Notes: generated from the sequence alone by a model not told the origin. 64,000 bases of DNA from Candidatus Bathyarchaeota archaeon (GCA_963782525.1 CAWAKC010000004.1:32001-96000); one strand, 5' to 3'. Shown: positions 20,867-30,094, counted from the first letter of the stretch. Translations and numbers: made by a program.

Positions 20867-21112
20867 ATAAAACTTATTAAAAACTTAAAAAAATGGTGGG
20901 ACATCGAAAACTGACTCTTCAAATAAGCTGTTATAAGCACGGTGAGAGCGCTTAGGCGTTGGTTTGTTTTTTTCAAAAATGGTACTGTAGCGCTCAAGAA
21001 ATTCATTTAAGAGCTTTAAATATTTAAAACCAATTGACTTAAAGCTAACTTTATTCCCATGGTCTTTTTGTAGAGTCTTTGTTGATGGTTCAGGCGTGGC
21101 GGCGATTTTGCT

Positions 21113-21459
21113 TTATTGTTTTTCTTGTTCTTTTAGCATTTTTTGGATTGGGGCTTTTAGTTGTGGGATGTTGGTTTTGGCTGCTTTGTAGATGGTTTCA
21201 GTGTCTATTCCGAAGTAGCCGTGGATTAGTTTGTCTCTCATACCATTTCTCTCCAGGGCAGTTCCTTGTGTTTTGCTCTTAGTGGCCGGGGGATGTTCTT
21301 GGCGGCTTCTCCAATTACTTCGATGCTGCGTACGACAGCGTTGAGGGTTTTTCTGTCTGTGGTAAATTCGTCTTAGGTTAAGTCTCCAATGAAGGCTTCA
21401 ACCTCATCTATAGCCTCCAAAATATCTTTCAGGTAGTCATTCGCGTCGCGTTTTTTCAT
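21113..21459 (-). pseudogene. HepT/DUF86 HEPN toxin pseudogene
   Basis: MKKRDANDYLKDILEA...AVVRSIEVIGEAAK...PWRE; in-frame TAA and a frameshift before MRDKLIHGYFG. Confidence 0.8.
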
Positions 21460-21750
21460 ACGATAATGACTTCCTCATGGATCCTCTTTCCTATGTGTGG
21501 TTTGAGGGCTTTTTTGGATACCAAATCCACTTTAATACCTAAAGTGTCGGAGAGGAAGAATTCTAAATCCATGAATTCAAACAGACCTATGGGCTCCTCA
21601 AACTCCACCAAACACGTCCACGTCGCTCTTGGAGGTTTGTTCGCCGTGAACATAGGACCCGAAGACGCCGATGGTTTTCACTTTAAACCGCTCCTTGAGC
21701 GTGGGTTTTAGCGTTTCTAGTGTTGAGGTTATTTCTTTTATGGTCTTCAT
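21456..21750 (-). pseudogene. Minimal nucleotidyltransferase (MNT) antitoxin, frameshifted
   Basis: IGVFGSYVHGEQTSKSDVD, then +1 frameshift into LVEFEEPIGLF...KVDLV. Confidence 0.8.
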
Positions 21751-21816
21751 GGCTGTTACAACGACTATTACGGGGTTTCTTTCTTTTCTATTTTACGCAA
21801 CAAAAACAAGTACAAG

Positions 21817-22359
21817 TTACTTGGATTCGTCGAGGGCTTTTTTGAAAAATGCTTTGTCGATTATCCTGACATCCAGTTTTTGTTTGGCTGCGGTTTTTCT
21901 GATGACGGCGAGTAGGACGAGGTAGTTTTGGGTGGTTTGCATGTTTGGGGGTACATTGCCTAATAGAGCTTTCCAGGTGTGGGCGTCGAGGATGCAGTAG
22001 GTTTTGGGGTCGAAGAAGGTGAGGATGATGCTGGCGAAAATGGGGCTGACGCCTTCGAGCAGCGTGAGGCAGTTCATGCGGTAGCCGTCTTCGCAGCCCG
22101 GAATGCTCAACGCTTGGCTTGTTAATCGACTGACTGTGGCTTCGTCGTTGCGAGCTACCAACTCCAAGCTCCGCGCTTTCTTTTCTTCATCGCCCTTGAA
22201 TTTCCATTCAACAATGGCCGCTAAATCCTTGCAGGTCAAGGCTTTGTTTTTGCGGAATTTTGTGCCGAGTTCCCGCTCTCGTTGCGCCTGCCATCCGTAG
22301 GCCTTATCGTACTTGCGGCTCCAGAGAATAAATTCAGCTTTATCCATGCCATTATTCAC
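21817..22359 (-). CDS. Hypothetical protein, possibly HhH/DNA-glycosylase-like
   Basis: LAAIVEWK...LEGVSPIFASIIL...ILD pattern. Confidence 0.5.
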   Translation of the reverse strand: MNNGMDKAEFILWSRKYDKAYGWQAQRERELGTKFRKNKALTCKDLAAIVEWKFKGDEEKKARSLELVARNDEATVSRLTSQALSIPGCEDGYRMNCLTLLEGVSPIFASIILTFFDPKTYCILDAHTWKALLGNVPPNMQTTQNYLVLLAVIRKTAAKQKLDVRIIDKAFFKKALDESK

Positions 22360-22554
22360 CTAAAGGTAGCTTCGCCTGAATCTATAAATGCGCTTTTGCC
22401 CCAAGTTTTCTTGTTAGAAGTAACTTTCAAAACTTCCGATATTTTTTCGGATTTACGTTCGCCAGTCATAATGACCATTTGAAGAATATACAAAACCCCA
22501 AACTAATAACTCTTCATAATTAGCCATTTAACAAAAAATTGGAAAAGTTGGGGT

Positions 22555-22749
22555 TTAATTTTGGTCTACTAGGTGTGCTGTTCCGTCTGGACAGTATACT
22601 TTCTCGTCTTTGCCGACACGTCTGTATCTTTCACTGCACATGTGCAGAAGTGTACAGCCGTCGCAGTCTCTACTCAACACTTTTTTTTCGCCTCCTATTG
22701 GGACATCGTGCATCGGTGAAATTGGCTTATAAGGATATGTAACATGCAT
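22555..22749 (-). CDS. Small Cys-rich protein (start possibly at 22713)
   Basis: CDGC...C...YCPDG.AH. Confidence 0.5.
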   Translation of the reverse strand: MHVTYPYKPISPMHDVPIGGEKKVLSRDCDGCTLLHMCSERYRRVGKDEKVYCPDGTAHLVDQN

Positions 22750-22761
22750 GTGTATACGCCG

Positions 22762-22866
22762 CTACCTTTTTTGGGTGTGGGCGCTACAGGTTTTGAAGGC
22801 GATACAGTCTTCGGAGCAGGGAATGGCGGTTTTGGTTTGGCAATCCAAGATGATTGTTCTGTTCAT
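22762..22866 (-). CDS. 34-aa Cys-rich microprotein (not in ORF track)
   Basis: MNRTIILDCQTKTAIPCSEDCIAFKTCSAHTQKR; ATGA overlap with the upstream ORF. Confidence 0.4.
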   Translation of the reverse strand: MNRTIILDCQTKTAIPCSEDCIAFKTCSAHTQKR

Positions 22867-22988
22867 GCAGGTTCACCTTGTTTTATGCTCTTGGCTTGGA
22901 CTGAAGACGGAGTTGGGGTGCCCGTGAATGTGAAGGGCAAGGCAAACATGCCTTCACAGCCCAATTCTTGAGTTGCTAAATCCAGCAT
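22863..22988 (-). CDS. 41-aa microprotein (not in ORF track)
   Basis: MLDLATQELGCEGMFALPFTFTGTPTPSSVQAKSIKQGEPA; stop overlaps the next ATG. Confidence 0.3.
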   Translation of the reverse strand: MLDLATQELGCEGMFALPFTFTGTPTPSSVQAKSIKQGEPA

Positions 22989-23278
22989 ACCATATCCACC
23001 GCATTTTTGTTTTGCTCTGATTGTTGAGTATGCATTTTGGGATTTAAAGAGTTTTGAGAAATGTTCATAACATTTATGAAAATACGTCTAGTTGTCAAAC
23101 AAAAAATAAATGAGGTGAGCATCTGAATGCAATCAAAGGAATAATTGTGAACAAATGAATTCTGCATATTTCTCTATTTTTATCAATCTTAAACAATCAC
23201 TCATGAAGACGGCAAACTCGAGGCGCATTGGGATGCGATGCAACAGTTACCCTGTAGACAGCGGAAAAAAACAATGTT

Positions 23279-23791
23279 TTAGAAGGGGCTTTTAACGTGG
23301 ACGATGGGTTTACCCATTATATCACGCATCGTGTCTGCTACGTTGTAAGGATGGCGAACAAGCCGCAGTCTGGTTTCACGTTCCTCCTGAGAGTTAACCG
23401 TTAAGTCGCCGTAACCGAAGATTCTTCCCCCGATCGATTGGTACTCGAGTAAGTCGCCGAAACCCGACGGCGTAACCACAAACGAATGCAGCCGCAATAT
23501 ACCGCGCTTAACTTCTAAGCCATCCTGCTGCAGAATGTAGTTGTTTGAGGCGCGAAAAACTAAGAGTTCAAGCATACTGATGAGCCAAATTAAACCAAAC
23601 AGCAGAATTGTCCAAGCCCAAATTGGCAAGCCAACAAGACCCAGAGAGGCTCCGCCAGAGTAGGATTCAAGCGATAGAAAAAGGATCGATAGCACGATGA
23701 TTGTGACCGTTCGGATGATAGCTGCTGGAGCAATCCAGGGTTTGCCTGCCCAAACAACCTCGTGAGTAACTTGTTTAATGTTAAAAGCCAA
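23279..23791 (-). CDS. Membrane protein with bacterial PH (bPH_2)-like domain
   Basis: Two TMs, then YILQQDGLEVKRGIL...QSIGGRIFGYGDLTV. Confidence 0.75.
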   Translation of the reverse strand: MAFNIKQVTHEVVWAGKPWIAPAAIIRTVTIIVLSILFLSLESYSGGASLGLVGLPIWAWTILLFGLIWLISMLELLVFRASNNYILQQDGLEVKRGILRLHSFVVTPSGFGDLLEYQSIGGRIFGYGDLTVNSQEERETRLRLVRHPYNVADTMRDIMGKPIVHVKSPF

Positions 23792-23850
23792 ACTAAAACA
23801 CGACCACTGGAAAAGTGGGTAAATCGGTATTTAAGTATTCAAGCTCAAAA

Positions 23851-24165
23851 CTAGACGACTGGTCGGTGGGGGAATATGCTTTCGATGCTACGGAGCAGTT
23901 GGTAACCGAAGAGGATGGCGACGAAATAGGTGGGCCACAGTATCACGGGCCAGTTGCCGGGCGTGTAATTCCAGAGCCCTGTAGAGACGGCGAAGAATTC
24001 CATGAGCGCCAGTGAAATCATTCCTCCGAACGCTAGGAACACCTGCTGTTTAAGCTCGTGTTTTGTTATTCCTTTACCGCGGATAACCATCAAGAAAGCC
24101 CAGGCTGCTAAGAACCCGAACAAGAGCACATACCAATCTGAATTGAAACTGAAGATTACATTCAT
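23851..24165 (-). CDS. Small membrane protein
   Basis: 3 TMs; EFFAVSTGLWNY motif. Confidence 0.65.
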   Translation of the reverse strand: MNVIFSFNSDWYVLLFGFLAAWAFLMVIRGKGITKHELKQQVFLAFGGMISLALMEFFAVSTGLWNYTPGNWPVILWPTYFVAILFGYQLLRSIESIFPHRPVV

Positions 24166-24180
24166 GTTTTATACCAAACT

Positions 24181-24834
24181 TTAATGTTTTACAGCTTTTC
24201 CTTTACGTTGAGGTTTATGGTTTGACCAGCATTTCTTGCAGTAAACAGGCTTGTCAGCTTTAGGTTTGAAGGGCACTTCGCATTCGACTCCGCATTCGCT
24301 GCATACGGCGTTGAAGGCTTGAGGGGCTTGGAACTGCTTGAACATCTGATAGTTTTTCAGGCGTGGCCAACCGGTTTTTGCATACTGTAACATTTCCGGG
24401 TTGTTTTTTAGCCACCGCATCATGTGGAAGAAGCTTTTGCCCCGTTTCTCCTCCCGCTCGGCTAAGGGTTCGTAACCTAAGTTGCGAATTTCATCAAGGT
24501 AAGCAATTTCTACTAGCCGCTGCGTTTCGCCGATGACACGGATGCGTTTGACGCGGCTTTCGCCATAGACTTTTTGGAGTTCCTCGGCGGCAACGTCGAA
24601 GATGCAGCCTTGGCAAATGTGAATTTCCTCTTCAGGAGCCAAATTAAACTTCAAAACAAGCTTGGAGACGACGCGGCTGGATTCTTGCAGGTACTCTTTT
24701 TCGCGGAAAATGTCTTGGTAGAACCTGACGTCGATTAAGTCGTATTTGAATTCACCCGTCGGTTCATGGTAGGCGCCAACTACAACTCCGTACAGTAAAT
24801 CGCCGCTGCCAGCATCATCAACAATAAGGGTCAA
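24181..24834 (-). CDS. RNase H-like-fold protein fused to a C-terminal CxxC-x17-CxxC domain
   Basis: N-terminal IVDDAGSGDLLYGVVVG resembles the RNase HII DEAGRG strand; C-terminal CSECGVECEVPFKPKADKPVYCKKC. Confidence 0.65.
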   Translation of the reverse strand: MTLIVDDAGSGDLLYGVVVGAYHEPTGEFKYDLIDVRFYQDIFREKEYLQESSRVVSKLVLKFNLAPEEEIHICQGCIFDVAAEELQKVYGESRVKRIRVIGETQRLVEIAYLDEIRNLGYEPLAEREEKRGKSFFHMMRWLKNNPEMLQYAKTGWPRLKNYQMFKQFQAPQAFNAVCSECGVECEVPFKPKADKPVYCKKCWSNHKPQRKGKAVKH

Positions 24835-25003
24835 TTAACACTATTCCCTCTTCTCTCTTACCCAACCAAATACTTCATACATCTATAAAAACCGTCTTCC
24901 TAAAACGTCAACAAAGGCTGGGAAAATCTTTTGTTTTAATGTTTGGTAGATTGGAGCAAACGGATTAAACCTTGGTTTTAAATGGCTCGATGCTATGACA
25001 TAA

Positions 25004-25510
25004 ATGGGAATTTTAGCTATGAGGAAACGGAGTAGGGTCCTGATCGGTTTAGTTATTGTAATTTTGGTTGTTTCGTTGGCGTCTGCGTGGCTCATTCTGT
25101 TTTCAAACCCCTCATCTTCCAGCCGATCCGCATCAAGCAGTGTTAGCAACGGATTCCAACTAACCATCACCCTCGAGAAAAATCCAACCCAATACACAAA
25201 AGGCAAAACAGTACCTATCACATTTACAGTCACCAACCTTGGCAACCAAACCCAAAACTTCACCAACACAAACGGCAACGCAAACAAACAAGTCTACGCT
25301 TCGCAACATGGAGCATACCCGCTAACAAACGCCACCATACCGCTTGCTCCAAACGAAACCTTTAGCCAAACACTAATCTGGAGCCAAGAAAACGACCTAA
25401 CGAACGGATTTCCCTAAGTCACATCTGGAACATACCATATCATTGGAGAAATCGGAGAAAATCTGCCCTACCAACTCCAAACCCCACCACTCAACATAAC
25501 AATCTGCTAA
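25004..25510 (+). pseudogene. Secreted Ig-like (BsuPI-like) protein with in-frame premature TAA
   Basis: Signal anchor; ITFTVTNLG...LAPNETF...W; frame continues after TAA (25415-25417) as VTSGTYHIIG. Confidence 0.5.
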
Positions 25511-26056
25511 CCCATAAATCCATAGAAACCAATCAGGTGCACAAAATGTTATGTTGGCTAGGTCTGCTGAGTAATTGGGGGCCATAATGAAGAAAACAGA
25601 AGACGCCGGTTGGGGCATTGCTTTTGGTAGTTGCCGCCTTTCTCGGCTTCTTTGCCGTTGTAACTTACATTTCGAATATTAATCCAACGTTGCTTCAGAT
25701 CTTCAATTTAGTGTATGTTTTAGGGATAGTTTCTGCGGCATTCCTAATTTCAGGAATACGGTTGACGGTCTCAAGCCTTAGGCTCTAAAAATAATTAAAC
25801 AGAATAAAGTAAGCGATTCTTATTGTTATTTTATATATTCTTTCTTTGAGTTAGATGGTGGAAACCGGTACTTTAAAAATTCTATAGAAGCAAGTTGGTT
25901 TTTTTCACTTATGTCAATGCAGATTTTTGCCGGGCTTTTGTTTTTTATATTCTTGAGTTGTTGAGTTAATGGAAACATTTAAGTCAACCTTCCACCTTTA
26001 AATACTCGAAAAATAGGAATTTTTTCCGAATTTTCACAATAATATGGAGTAATTTA

Positions 26057-26266
26057 ATGTCTCAAAGAACAAATGTAACCGAAATTAAATGTAGTGATTG
26101 CGGCAAATCCGCCACTGTTCCCTTTAAACCAACAGCCGGAAAACCAGTTTACTGTCGAGAATGTTTAGCTAAACACAGCACCCCAAGGGGCACTGAACAT
26201 AAAGGTTCAAGCGCTGATTCTAACAAAGAGCAAGCTTGGTCCAGACGTAGAACCGACTGGAAATAA
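26057..26266 (+). CDS. CxxC-x17-CxxC domain protein
   Basis: CSDCGKSATVPFKPTAGKPVYCREC. Confidence 0.85.
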   Translation: MSQRTNVTEIKCSDCGKSATVPFKPTAGKPVYCRECLAKHSTPRGTEHKGSSADSNKEQAWSRRRTDWK

Positions 26267-26291
26267 CAAGAAATAAAAAATATTATTTTTT

Positions 26292-26948
26292 TTATCTAAC
26301 TGCCGCAGTTGCTAATTGCTGCTTTGCGCTTTCAGCTGAGCTTGGCAACACGTTAAGAATACCGTTCTTACCAAGCCGTAATTGTCTCTCTCCTCTAAAA
26401 ACGCATACCTGAGCATTCCTTAATTCAATGTTGTTACCGACTGCGATGGAGCCTATTTGTCCTTCCCAGAGGCAGAGTTTGGTTTTTCCAGTGTCATCTC
26501 CAACCAATGCGTTGACTACCATGACTGTATTGCCGAATTGTGTGTGAACTTGGGCTGGTTTAGGAATCTCTATGACTTCCGCTTTCAAATTAACCCGTTT
26601 CATACCTGCCCTTAAATCATGGATTGAAGTGTAGATAGATTCAGTGTTTTGCTTAGCGATTTTCTTGCGTATTTTGTCGGTACTCATCCAACTTTCGAAG
26701 GGGTTATCTTTTCTTAGGAGGAATTCTTCGCCAACACGGAACTGGGCGACAACTGCGCTATCTTTTGTTATTAGAAAAATTGTTTCGCCCTTCACTTTGC
26801 CGCGGTATTCAACGGTCAGGTTTCCGCAGACTGCCTTCTCGTTGTTTCTTGCGGAAATCAAAGCTTGAAAAACTTCGTTAGGATAAATGTTGTATTTAAC
26901 TGAAAGAAGCGCAAGATGCTCGCCTAAGGTTGATTTTTTCTGTCTCAA
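26292..26948 (-). CDS. OB-fold nucleic-acid-binding (SSB/RPA-like) protein with N-terminal extension
   Basis: IHDLRAGMKRVNLKAEV...GDDTGKTKLCLW...FRGERQLRLG. Confidence 0.8.
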   Translation of the reverse strand: MRQKKSTLGEHLALLSVKYNIYPNEVFQALISARNNEKAVCGNLTVEYRGKVKGETIFLITKDSAVVAQFRVGEEFLLRKDNPFESWMSTDKIRKKIAKQNTESIYTSIHDLRAGMKRVNLKAEVIEIPKPAQVHTQFGNTVMVVNALVGDDTGKTKLCLWEGQIGSIAVGNNIELRNAQVCVFRGERQLRLGKNGILNVLPSSAESAKQQLATAAVR

Positions 26949-27290
26949 ATTACCCCTCTCAAATCATAGTCAAAGTTAAGAGAAAAAGCAAACGCAGGAA
27001 TGCTAATTCACACTTTTTCTCAATTACCCGAGTATTTACCTAATAATACAATGTTAACTATATTAGGTTGACGATGGAAAACGGGCATTAAGCAGTTTAG
27101 TTTAACCGCTTTTCTCCTCGAAAAGTCCTTTTTTAAGGCTTAAATTGGAATCTAAGTTTGTGAAACGTTTTTTCTAAGGGTTTAATTGTTAATACTGAAG
27201 CACTCAATTTATAAGCATCGAACAATAGTTAGATGATACTGTGCGGAAGAGACTTTTGCACAGCCAAAGTAGTAGGAGTTGAAATAGCGA

Positions 27291-27431
27291 ATGTATAATA
27301 ACAAAGAGATGCACAAGGCAACTTGCGCTGACTGCGGAAAAGAATGTGAAGTTCCTTTCAAGCCAGACGGTACAAGGCCAGTTTACTGCCGAGAGTGCTA
27401 CTCAAAACGAAGACCACCACGAAGATACTAA
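27291..27431 (+). CDS. 46-aa CxxC-x17-CxxC protein (not in ORF track)
   Basis: MYNNKEMHKATCADCGKECEVPFKPDGTRPVYCRECYSKRRPPRRY; AGGAG RBS, TATA TTTATAAG, T-rich terminator. Confidence 0.85.
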   Translation: MYNNKEMHKATCADCGKECEVPFKPDGTRPVYCRECYSKRRPPRRY

Positions 27432-27612
27432 GCTTTTAGCTAAATATCTTTAAAATCTTTAACAATTTTCTTTTTTATTTTTTATTATTTTATAAAAATT
27501 GCTCTTCCTAACGCAGAATTCACTTAAATCACGTTTGAAATAAAAATTTAAAAATTCTAAAATAAATCTGAGGAACGAGAAAAAACTCGCTATTTTGGGT
27601 GAAATTAGGTTT

Positions 27613-27741
27613 TTATTCTGATCCGGTTCGTTTCTTGTTGTCGGTGTAATTCTTTTTGCCAGACTTCTTCCTTAGGACACAATTTAGTCTGACCGATGAT
27701 TTACATCTGCGGCAATTTTTAACTAAACCTGCTCTTAACAT
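27613..27741 (-). CDS. 42-aa basic Cys-containing microprotein (not in ORF track)
   Basis: MLRAGLVKNCRRCKSSVRLNCVLRKKSGKKNYTDNKKRTGSE preceded by GAGGT RBS. Confidence 0.4.
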   Translation of the reverse strand: MLRAGLVKNCRRCKSSVRLNCVLRKKSGKKNYTDNKKRTGSE

Positions 27742-28117
27742 ACACAATGCTATTTACCTCTCATTTGTTTTTTTGAAAAGGATCCGTTATTCAATCAGGT
27801 TACCCAAGAGGATAAAAGAAACTCTTCACCCTTGAGTGTCGCTGCGTGCTTATAAAGGAATGGATAGAAAAAAGACTTTTTTGGAAAACAGAAAAAATTC
27901 GAGGTGATTTTTGAATATTGGGTCTTTTTAAAATTTATTTTTAAAAAATGTCTTAAAATCATGTAAAAAAAGCCATTTGAGTAAGCTAACCTAATATACC
28001 TGCTGCATCCTTTAGTGGTTAAGGTTAGAATTCTTTAGAGGAAGAGTTAGACCACTTATTGCTTTTTCTCAAAACTATTCTGATTATTAGTTGGCGTAAG
28101 CCAAATAGGTGTAAAAA

Positions 28118-28426
28118 ATGGGTAAACGAAAAATTACAAACGAGGGCAGTCTTGACAGCATGGTTCTACCTTCCTCAAACGATGTGTTGGGTGTGGCGGT
28201 TAAGATGCTTGGTGCCGAAAGAATCACAGTTAAATGTCAAGATGGCAAAGAACGAATGTGTAGAGTTCGCGGCAAACTAAAAAGACGTGTTTGGATTCGC
28301 GAGGGTGACGTCGTTCTAGTTTCGCCTTGGGATTTCCAGTCTGACACTAGGGGCGACATCTTTTGGCGTTACCGCAAAAACCAGTCTGACTGGTTAAGAA
28401 GCCACAACTACCTCAAAATGGAGTAA
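28118..28426 (+). CDS. eif1a: Translation initiation factor aIF-1A
   Basis: KMLGAERITVKCQDGKERMCRVRGKLKRRVWIREGDVVLVSPWDFQ. Confidence 0.95.
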   Translation: MGKRKITNEGSLDSMVLPSSNDVLGVAVKMLGAERITVKCQDGKERMCRVRGKLKRRVWIREGDVVLVSPWDFQSDTRGDIFWRYRKNQSDWLRSHNYLKME

Positions 28427-28437
28427 GAGAACAAATC

Positions 28438-28608
28438 ATGATCCTAAAATGTACTGACTGTGGAAACACCTTTAGACGGGAGGGACTAAAAGACGGCGAA
28501 ATCATTGCATGTCCAATATGTGAAGCAGACTACCAAGTTCTAGTTAAAGATGGAAAGATCGAAATAATCGAATACGTCTATGAAGGTCCCGACGAAGGCG
28601 AATTATAA
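28438..28608 (+). CDS. 56-aa LysW-like zinc-ribbon protein (not in ORF track)
   Basis: CTDCG...GEIIACPICEADY...YEGPDEGEL. Confidence 0.65.
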   Translation: MILKCTDCGNTFRREGLKDGEIIACPICEADYQVLVKDGKIEIIEYVYEGPDEGEL

Positions 28609-28617
28609 AAACAGTTT

Positions 28618-29638
28618 AGACGTGTGCGCAATTCATTTTTTATAGTTCCGATAGGTAAGTTATCTTTGAGCAAGTCTGGGATCGTACCCGTAAATACCAT
28701 TGATTTGGTGTCTTTGAGGGCTCCATGATCATTTGTTGTTGGGTCAAGCCCAGTACTTGCTTACCGTTTTTAGACTTTGCTCGCCAACAATAAGCGATCG
28801 TATTGCTTCAGCATCATAACTAATCAAGCCAGCCATCACAATAGCCGCCTTCTTCACCAAACCCTTAGGCCTCACCCAGCAATTCCTCAAAACGTTAGCT
28901 TTAAGATGCCCATTAAACTGCTCAACCACATAACGCTTAGTCTCCAAGAGTCTAGCATGTTTGATTCTTTTGCGTTTTCCCCTTCTAGGATTAGGAGCAA
29001 TAACAGGCTCAGCTTCAATGCCCTTGGCTGCTCTTTTGTTTGTTTTCGAGTCATAACCCGCATCGGCCAAAACGTATTCTGCTTCCAAATCCTCAATGAG
29101 ACCGGGAAGAAAAGGCGAGTCATAACGATTACCAGGCGTAACAACTGCTCTCAACGGCAACCCCAGCTGATTTACCGCTGCATGAAGCTTGAAACCTCTG
29201 AATTTTCCACGGCTCGTGTGACCCCAGCCCGCTTCCATATCGTAGAGATCCACTAACGGCGTTGAGTCAACAATTAGAATAGTGGTCGGTGTCACTAGTT
29301 GAAGCATAGCCGATATCTTCTTAAAAGTTTCTTCAAGAACGTCAAGATAGCGTCTCCACCATCTTCCAACAGTGGTTCTATTGGGTACTTTGAATAAACC
29401 AAGTGTTCTAGCAACGTCCGTATGCTTCTTTAGATGTTCAATTACACGTGTGTCGTTCTCTAATCCTTTCAGTCTGGCATAAACGAGAACTCTTAGTGCT
29501 CTTAGGCGTCCGTAGCCTGGATTTCCGCGTCTTTTGGGTTCTACAGAAACGATTGCTTTGTTGACGAAAAGCCTGACAACTTCACAGGCTTCCATACTAG
29601 AACATAATTGGGAAGCAGCTTAAATTCTGCACACCCCT
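28618..29638 (-). mobile_element. Insertion sequence (~1.0 kb, DDE, IS4/IS5-like)
   Basis: Imperfect TIRs AGACGTGTGCGCAATT / AGGGGTGTGCAGAATT; 9-bp TSD AAACAGTTT at 28609-28617 and 29639-29647. Confidence 0.85.
28744..29595 (-). CDS. DDE transposase
   Basis: IVDST, GFKLH, ADAGYD, RYVVEQFNGHLK. Confidence 0.92.
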   Translation of the reverse strand: MEACEVVRLFVNKAIVSVEPKRRGNPGYGRLRALRVLVYARLKGLENDTRVIEHLKKHTDVARTLGLFKVPNRTTVGRWWRRYLDVLEETFKKISAMLQLVTPTTILIVDSTPLVDLYDMEAGWGHTSRGKFRGFKLHAAVNQLGLPLRAVVTPGNRYDSPFLPGLIEDLEAEYVLADAGYDSKTNKRAAKGIEAEPVIAPNPRRGKRKRIKHARLLETKRYVVEQFNGHLKANVLRNCWVRPKGLVKKAAIVMAGLISYDAEAIRSLIVGEQSLKTVSKYWA

Positions 29639-29672
29639 AAACAGTTTTTTTTAAAGAAAAATAAACAGTTTT

Positions 29673-29951
29673 TTAGCTGGTCAGTTCAACTATTGAACCG
29701 ATTGCTTGTCCTGGAACGCCACGTACAAACCTTACTCTAACCATGCCGTTCTTTCCATGTGGACCTCTAACTTTTCCCACAAGCTTTTTTGTTCCATTCT
29801 GCCATGTAACCTTTTGTCCAATTAGTTTACTTGCAAGGGCAACTGAGGTAACATTTTCAAATTCAATTAAACATTCTTGCGATGTTTGTTCTCTAATCCC
29901 AGTGCGGTAATTAGTTATTCTTCCATGAACTTTTTGAGCCAAAATACTCAC
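29673..29951 (-). CDS. rpl35ae: 50S ribosomal protein L35Ae
   Basis: ITNYRTG...QECLI...GKVRGPHGKNGMVRVRFVRGVPGQAIG; GTG start chosen by length. Confidence 0.88.
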   Translation of the reverse strand: MSILAQKVHGRITNYRTGIREQTSQECLIEFENVTSVALASKLIGQKVTWQNGTKKLVGKVRGPHGKNGMVRVRFVRGVPGQAIGSIVELTS

Positions 29952-30094
29952 CGTTAAACCTCCCATTCTAAGGTGTGCTTGCATTTAAAGCTGTTCTATC
30001 CAACCAAAGAAACTTTGGATTTTCTATGAAGTGAGTTATCTGTACAAAACTTTTATTGACTATTACATGTTTTAATGAATTAGGATGAGGTTAA

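Noticed and set aside
25415-25417. Stop-codon readthrough or recoding in the BsuPI-like gene
   Set aside because: The stop is TAA, used as a normal stop throughout the window; a CAA-to-TAA mutation is simpler
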